DNA of 62,070 bases from Deltaproteobacteria bacterium (GTDB lineage Bacteria; Myxococcota_A; UBA9160; UBA6930): contig JAFDCZ010000002.1 in NCBI GenBank assembly GCA_019312665.1, forward strand, positions 1 through 62,070, in the 5' to 3' direction. Of the stretch, positions 57,505-62,070 are shown piece by piece. How positions within the stretch are numbered: the first letter of the stretch is position 1; each line of letters opens with the position of its first letter. The notes beneath the pieces were generated by a model that made no database searches, was not told the origin of the DNA, and worked only from the letters and a program-made list of their open reading frames with translations. The position numbers and the translations under genes are program-made.

Positions 57505-58742
57505 GCTGGTCGAACGAGCGAAACCTGGAACTGCAAGCTCGCGCGCGCCAGGTCATCCCGGGCGGAATGTACGGTCATCAATCTGTCCGTCCTCTGCCCG
57601 ATGGGTTTCCGCAATTCTTCTCGCGTGCCGAGGGCTGCAGATTGTGGGACGTCGACGGCAACGAATACGTCGACATGATGTGCGCCTACGGCCCGATGCT
57701 GCTCGGCTATCAGCATCCGAAGGTCGAGGCAGCGGCTTCCGAGCAGGCCCGCCTGGGCGATACGATGACCGGCCCATCCGAGATCATGGTCGATCTTGCG
57801 GAGCGCTTCGTTGCACGCATCGAGCATGCCGACTGGGCCGTCTTCTCCAAGAACGGAACCGATGCGACCAGCGGAGCCCTCGCGATCGCCCGAGCCACCA
57901 CGGACCGCCGGACGATTCTTCTCGCCGAAGGCGCCTATCATGGCGCTGCCCCCTGGTGCACGCCCTTCCCCGCCGGAACTCTCGAGGAAGCCCGTGCTCA
58001 CCAGATCGAGTTCTCCTACGGCGACACAGAAAGCCTGGACGCCGCGATCCGGCAAGCCGGAGACGATCTCGCCGGAATCCTGGTGAGCCCTTTTCGTCAC
58101 GATGCGGCCCACGACCAGACGGAGCCGGATGCGGCGTTCGCCCATCACGTGCGCGAACGCTGCACGGAGCACGAAGCGCTCCTCATCCTCGACGATGTGC
58201 GCGCCGGATTGCGACTTTCCTTCGGAGGAAGCTGGGAATCGCTCGGTGTGGAGCCGGATCTCAGCGCCTGGGGCAAATCGATCGCGAATGGACACGCGCT
58301 CTCGGCACTGGTGGGCAACGAGCGCTGTCGCGAAGCCGCCAGCAAGGTGTTTATGACGGGCTCGTTCTGGTTCCAGGCGGTTCCCATGGCCGCGGCCCTG
58401 GCCACCTTCGACGAGCTCTCGCGCGAACCCTACGTCGAGCATCTCATCGCGATGGGAACCAGGCTACGCGATGGCTGGCGGGAGCAAGCCGAGCGGCATG
58501 GCGTCGGGATCCGCCAGACCGGCCCCGTCCAGATGCCCATGCTCCTCTTCGACAATGACGTGCGTTTTCGCAGGGCCTACCGATGGGTGAGCGAGGCCCT
58601 TCGCTGCGGCGCCTACCTTCATCCCTGGCACAACATGTTCCTCAGCACTGCTCACCAGGAAGCCGATATCGACCGCGTACTCGAAGCCACGGAAACTGCC
58701 TTCGCTGTAATCGCCAAGGATGGATCCGAGCCCGCAGCGTGA
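57501..58742 (+). CDS. Class III PLP aminotransferase (GSA-aminomutase-like)
   Basis: WDVDGNEYVD, KNGTDA, YHG, DDVRAG, WGKSIANG (PLP Lys). Confidence 0.88.
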   Translation: MSWSNERNLELQARARQVIPGGMYGHQSVRPLPDGFPQFFSRAEGCRLWDVDGNEYVDMMCAYGPMLLGYQHPKVEAAASEQARLGDTMTGPSEIMVDLAERFVARIEHADWAVFSKNGTDATSGALAIARATTDRRTILLAEGAYHGAAPWCTPFPAGTLEEARAHQIEFSYGDTESLDAAIRQAGDDLAGILVSPFRHDAAHDQTEPDAAFAHHVRERCTEHEALLILDDVRAGLRLSFGGSWESLGVEPDLSAWGKSIANGHALSALVGNERCREAASKVFMTGSFWFQAVPMAAALATFDELSREPYVEHLIAMGTRLRDGWREQAERHGVGIRQTGPVQMPMLLFDNDVRFRRAYRWVSEALRCGAYLHPWHNMFLSTAHQEADIDRVLEATETAFAVIAKDGSEPAA

Positions 58743-58756
58743 GGAGGACGAATCTC

Positions 58757-59548
58757 ATGGCTCGAGCTCTCATCCTCTTTCTCTTCCCCACATTCCTTGC
58801 CTGCTCCGACCGCGATCTCTACGCCGACATGCCCGCCCATGTAGAGAAGCGACATGTGGCCCTCGAAGGTGCCTACAACTTTCGCGATCTCGGAGGCTAT
58901 GCGACCGGAGACGGACGCACTGTGCGCTGGGGCAATTTCTACAGATCGGATGCCCTGGGGGACCTCACAGACGACGATGTCACGAAGATGGGAGAATTGG
59001 GCATCAAGCTGGTTTGCGATTTTCGCACGGCTGAGGAGAAAGCCGAAGCCCCGGACCGCCTGCCGAGCGATCCCACGCCCGAGGTTCTCGAGCTTGAGAT
59101 CGGCGTCGAAGGCGCCAAGATGAACGAGCTCCAGGGCCGGATCCTCTCCGGTGACCTCGAAGACATCGATCTGGCCCAGATGCTGGTCGATGGCAACCGC
59201 GCCTTCGTGACGGACTTCGCCGACCGCTACGCACGCCTGCTCGAACGGGTGCAGCACGAGGAGAGCCTCCCTGCCCTCGTGCATTGCACGGGCGGCAAGG
59301 ACCGGGCTGGCATGGCGTCCGCGCTCATTCTTCGCACGCTGGGCGTCCCAGAAGAGGTCGTCTTCGAAGATTTCCTTTTGACCAACCACTACGATGTGCG
59401 CCCGATCCTCGGCGTGCAGCGCGCCTACCTGGAGGCCGGCTTCGACGAGATCCTCCAACGGCACGGCAGCTTCGACGCGTTCCGCCGCGACGCACTCGGC
59501 GTGAGTGACGAAGAACTGGTTGCGTTCCGGACCATGGCTCTGGAGTAG
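58757..59548 (+). CDS. PtpB/IphP-like tyrosine/dual-specificity phosphatase lipoprotein
   Basis: LAC lipobox; NFRDLGGY; HCTGGKDRAG P-loop. Confidence 0.88.
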   Translation: MARALILFLFPTFLACSDRDLYADMPAHVEKRHVALEGAYNFRDLGGYATGDGRTVRWGNFYRSDALGDLTDDDVTKMGELGIKLVCDFRTAEEKAEAPDRLPSDPTPEVLELEIGVEGAKMNELQGRILSGDLEDIDLAQMLVDGNRAFVTDFADRYARLLERVQHEESLPALVHCTGGKDRAGMASALILRTLGVPEEVVFEDFLLTNHYDVRPILGVQRAYLEAGFDEILQRHGSFDAFRRDALGVSDEELVAFRTMALE

Positions 59549-59559
59549 CCCCCCGCGAA

Positions 59560-60429
59560 CTATCCCTCGCCAAGGCTGGAGTTCTTCAACTGCACCGGCG
59601 TCAGGTCGCCCATCCCCTTCTCGTCGAGCAACTCGGGCCGAACGGCGGCAATCGGGTCACGGGTGTCGTCGATGTAGCCGAGCGCGTAGGCACCCCGCGC
59701 GTAGCCCATCAACCGAAGCAGATCCTTGGGCAAGGTCGCTGCGATCTCCCGGGGAACTGTGAGGTATTGGTTCTCCTCTTGCCGGAGAAAGCCCACCACA
59801 TAGGTGATGTTCACACCCATGCGGACGGCGTCGCTTCGGTTCGGACCGCCACCGTGGTAGACGGAGCCCGTGTAGAAGAGCACGGACCCGGCTTCCATTT
59901 CCGCCGGCTCCGTATCCTCGAACGTGTAGCGGAGCTTGTCGTCGTGGCGATGGGAGCCCGGGATGACCCGTGTGGCGCCGTTCTCTTCCGTGAAATCCGT
60001 CAGCGCCCAGATCGTATTGCACTGCACTTCGTAGCCGTTGGGAAAAGGAAAGAAGTCGAACGCCCACTGGTCCCTGTGCACATCCTGGGCCTTCTCCCCC
60101 GGCCCAATCGCGATCACCTGGGTAAGGTGCAGCTGGTAGTTGGTCACGTGGCCTAGCACCTTGTCGACTGCGCCGAGAACCACGGGGTGCTGAACCCAGT
60201 CTCGCGCTTGCTCCGAGCGCGCGATCAACGCGCCGGTCCGGCGCGTGAATCGGCCAGTGAAGCCGTCCAACCCGACCGGTGTAGCCTCCAGGAAAGGTTT
60301 CATTTCCTCGCGGAAACGCGCCAACTCGCCGGGCGATGCGATGCCATCAACGACCACGCATCCGTCCCGTTCGAGAATCTCAGCGATTCGTCCCGGGCCA
60401 TCCTCGGATTTCAGATGCTCGACGGGCAT
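59560..60429 (-). CDS. Phytanoyl-CoA dioxygenase (PhyH) family 2OG-Fe(II) oxygenase
   Basis: HRD, DFTEENGAT...PGSH, HGGGPN, LRQEENQY. AAGGAG SD. Confidence 0.9.
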   Translation of the reverse strand: MPVEHLKSEDGPGRIAEILERDGCVVVDGIASPGELARFREEMKPFLEATPVGLDGFTGRFTRRTGALIARSEQARDWVQHPVVLGAVDKVLGHVTNYQLHLTQVIAIGPGEKAQDVHRDQWAFDFFPFPNGYEVQCNTIWALTDFTEENGATRVIPGSHRHDDKLRYTFEDTEPAEMEAGSVLFYTGSVYHGGGPNRSDAVRMGVNITYVVGFLRQEENQYLTVPREIAATLPKDLLRLMGYARGAYALGYIDDTRDPIAAVRPELLDEKGMGDLTPVQLKNSSLGEG

Positions 60430-60461
60430 TTCGTGCTCCTTCTCGAGAACGCTACCACCGC

Positions 60462-61136
60462 TCAGGCATTCTGGCCGGCAGCGAGCGCAGCCAGGACCTC
60501 CGGCGGAAAATTGACCTTGGCGGCGCGTTGGTATCCACTTCGGCTCGCGAGACGCAGGCGGTACGCCTCCAGGGTCTCCGAAAGCGACTCGCCATAGAAA
60601 CGGGCCCAATCGAGACACGAGCCCAGCAGCACGTCGACTCCGGTGAGATGGGCGCCGAGGAGGAACCCGTCGCCACGTGCCAACTCCGCATCTGCGACCT
60701 CGACCTGCCGCCGAAAATACTCGCGGGCAGCGCGGAGGGCTTCTGGCGCCTCGCCGTAGAGATTCGCCAGATCACCGTGTCGGCGAAGGACGTAGAGGGT
60801 GTGGGCGTCGAGTTCGGTGAGGATCCAGAACGCCCATTGGTCATACAACGCGCGTTCCCTGCTTGCCGGCGGCGGGATGAGCCGCTCGTCGCCCGAGAAG
60901 TGCTCCGCCAGATACCCGACGATCGCTGCGCTCTCAGCCAGCACCAGGTCGCCGTGTCGCAGCACGGGGATCTTGCCGCGGGGGTTCAGGGCCAGGAACT
61001 CCGCCTCCTGCGTCTCTCCTGAACGTGATTGCAACGGATGAACGGTATGAGCCACACCGAGCTCCTGGAGCATCCAGTGGACGCGAAACGTTCGAGCCGT
61101 GCCGACCCCGAAGACTTCGAGCGATGCGGACGTCAC
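60462..61136 (-). CDS. Glutathione S-transferase
   Basis: RVHWMLQELG, LNPRGKIPVL, ESAAI. Confidence 0.9.
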   Translation of the reverse strand: MTSASLEVFGVGTARTFRVHWMLQELGVAHTVHPLQSRSGETQEAEFLALNPRGKIPVLRHGDLVLAESAAIVGYLAEHFSGDERLIPPPASRERALYDQWAFWILTELDAHTLYVLRRHGDLANLYGEAPEALRAAREYFRRQVEVADAELARGDGFLLGAHLTGVDVLLGSCLDWARFYGESLSETLEAYRLRLASRSGYQRAAKVNFPPEVLAALAAGQNA

Positions 61137-61139
61137 CGT

Positions 61140-62069
61140 TCAGTCCTCGAGTGCGGCACGCAACGCCGGGATCGCATGCTTTCGCTCCCTCAATCGGGCG
61201 GTCCCTCGGGCCACAGTCGGATGGCGGTGGCCCTCGATTGCGTCGGCAAAGCTCGGGCGCTTCTGGAGGCGCTCCCAGTACGCGGAAACCGCAGGCCGTT
61301 TCCCATCACCCAGGAACACATGCAGCGCATCGGCCTCCACCAGCCGATCAAAGATCACCATCCAGCTGACGTCGGCAAGGCTGTAGAGGCCACCGAGAAT
61401 CCACGCCCCACCGCGTTCGACGAGCTGTGCCTCCAGGCGATCGAGGTGCTCGTGCATATGCCGGCGGGCCCTCGCGTTGATCTTCATCAGCGGCCCCAGG
61501 CTCGGCAGCCGGTCGAGGCCTCGCGCCTTGAAGACAAGGAACATCAGAGGCCGGCGTCGATCGATATGGAAAAGCAGCCCCTCGAGAATCTTCGCATAGG
61601 GGATCTCCGTGATCATCGACGAGAAGAGGGGCAAGGTCAGGCCGGGGACGGCGTTGCCGGCGCTCTTGTCCGACTCGGCGATCGGATCCCCGGTGAGCGA
61701 CGAACAATCGACCCATGTCTGCATTTCTGCTCGAAGCTCGGGATCGTCGGGCACGAGCGAAGGGCTGGTGGCCGGCGCGTGATCCGCGGCATAACGAATC
61801 TGCTCATGTGATTCGTAGATCGGATGGCCGTCGTGCACCAGCACGGGCACGGTCCCGGCCGGATTCACGGCGAGAAAATGGCGAGAAATGTTCTCGTAGG
61901 AGCCGGTCTCGATCAGATCGATGGGATGGCTCTTGTAGGGCAAGCCCAGCTCGGCGAGGCAGACACGCGCCTTCTTCGAGCAGAGCGAGAGTGCATTGTG
62001 ATAGAGCTCGAACTCCTCTTCATGAGGAAGCTGGATGTCGGGCTGATGACCCGGAGCGACTGGATGGGT
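61140..62069 (-). CDS. Glutathione S-transferase with a long C-domain insertion; 5'-truncated by the window edge
   Basis: The frame is open to the edge: ...FELYHNALSLCSKKARVCLAELGLPY...VNPAGTVPVL...YES; YSLADV. Confidence 0.85.
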   Translation of the reverse strand, partial: THPVAPGHQPDIQLPHEEEFELYHNALSLCSKKARVCLAELGLPYKSHPIDLIETGSYENISRHFLAVNPAGTVPVLVHDGHPIYESHEQIRYAADHAPATSPSLVPDDPELRAEMQTWVDCSSLTGDPIAESDKSAGNAVPGLTLPLFSSMITEIPYAKILEGLLFHIDRRRPLMFLVFKARGLDRLPSLGPLMKINARARRHMHEHLDRLEAQLVERGGAWILGGLYSLADVSWMVIFDRLVEADALHVFLGDGKRPAVSAYWERLQKRPSFADAIEGHRHPTVARGTARLRERKHAIPALRAALED

Positions 62070-62070
62070 C

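Noticed and set aside
57501-58742. Naming the aminotransferase hemL
   Set aside because: The motifs diverge from HemL (KNGTDA, DDVRAG) and there is no tetrapyrrole context.
1-62070. CRISPR arrays, tRNA/rRNA, IS elements, prophage or defence systems
   Set aside because: I saw no regularly spaced repeats, RNA gene signatures, or transposase, integrase or phage motifs. Intergenic gaps are short.

Overview
GC-rich, densely coding bacterial chromosomal segment with about 55 genes. I found no rRNA, tRNA, CRISPR array, integrase or transposase. The content is mostly lipid and xenobiotic catabolism (acyl-CoA synthetases and dehydrogenases, enoyl-CoA hydratase, SDRs, an AlkB-type monooxygenase, a single-chain biotin carboxylase, epoxide hydrolase, amidohydrolases, GSTs, a PhyH dioxygenase). 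It also carries c-di-GMP and surface functions (PilZ proteins, a GGDEF-EAL protein, an orphan GspG-like pseudopilin, a PEP-CTERM protein), a two-component pair, an mddA-like methyltransferase and recQ. This mix suggests an aerobic Myxococcota/deltaproteobacteria-like organism (inference only). The main finding is a hidden selenoprotein: two ORFs in the track (41286-41615 and 41634-42155) are one PrdB/GrdB-family gene with an in-frame UGA in a U-P-D-C-C motif, followed by a SECIS-like hairpin. It has no prdA or grd partner genes in the window and ends 12 bp before a fused BC-BCCP-CT carboxylase. Other observations: many apparently leaderless genes (TAnnnT 6-7 nt before the start), two bidirectional -10 promoters, inverted repeats overlapping stop codons, an EAL/pseudopilin module, and five genes with deletions, frameshifts or a nonsense codon (real decay or assembly errors). 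All family assignments come from motif recognition, not database searches.
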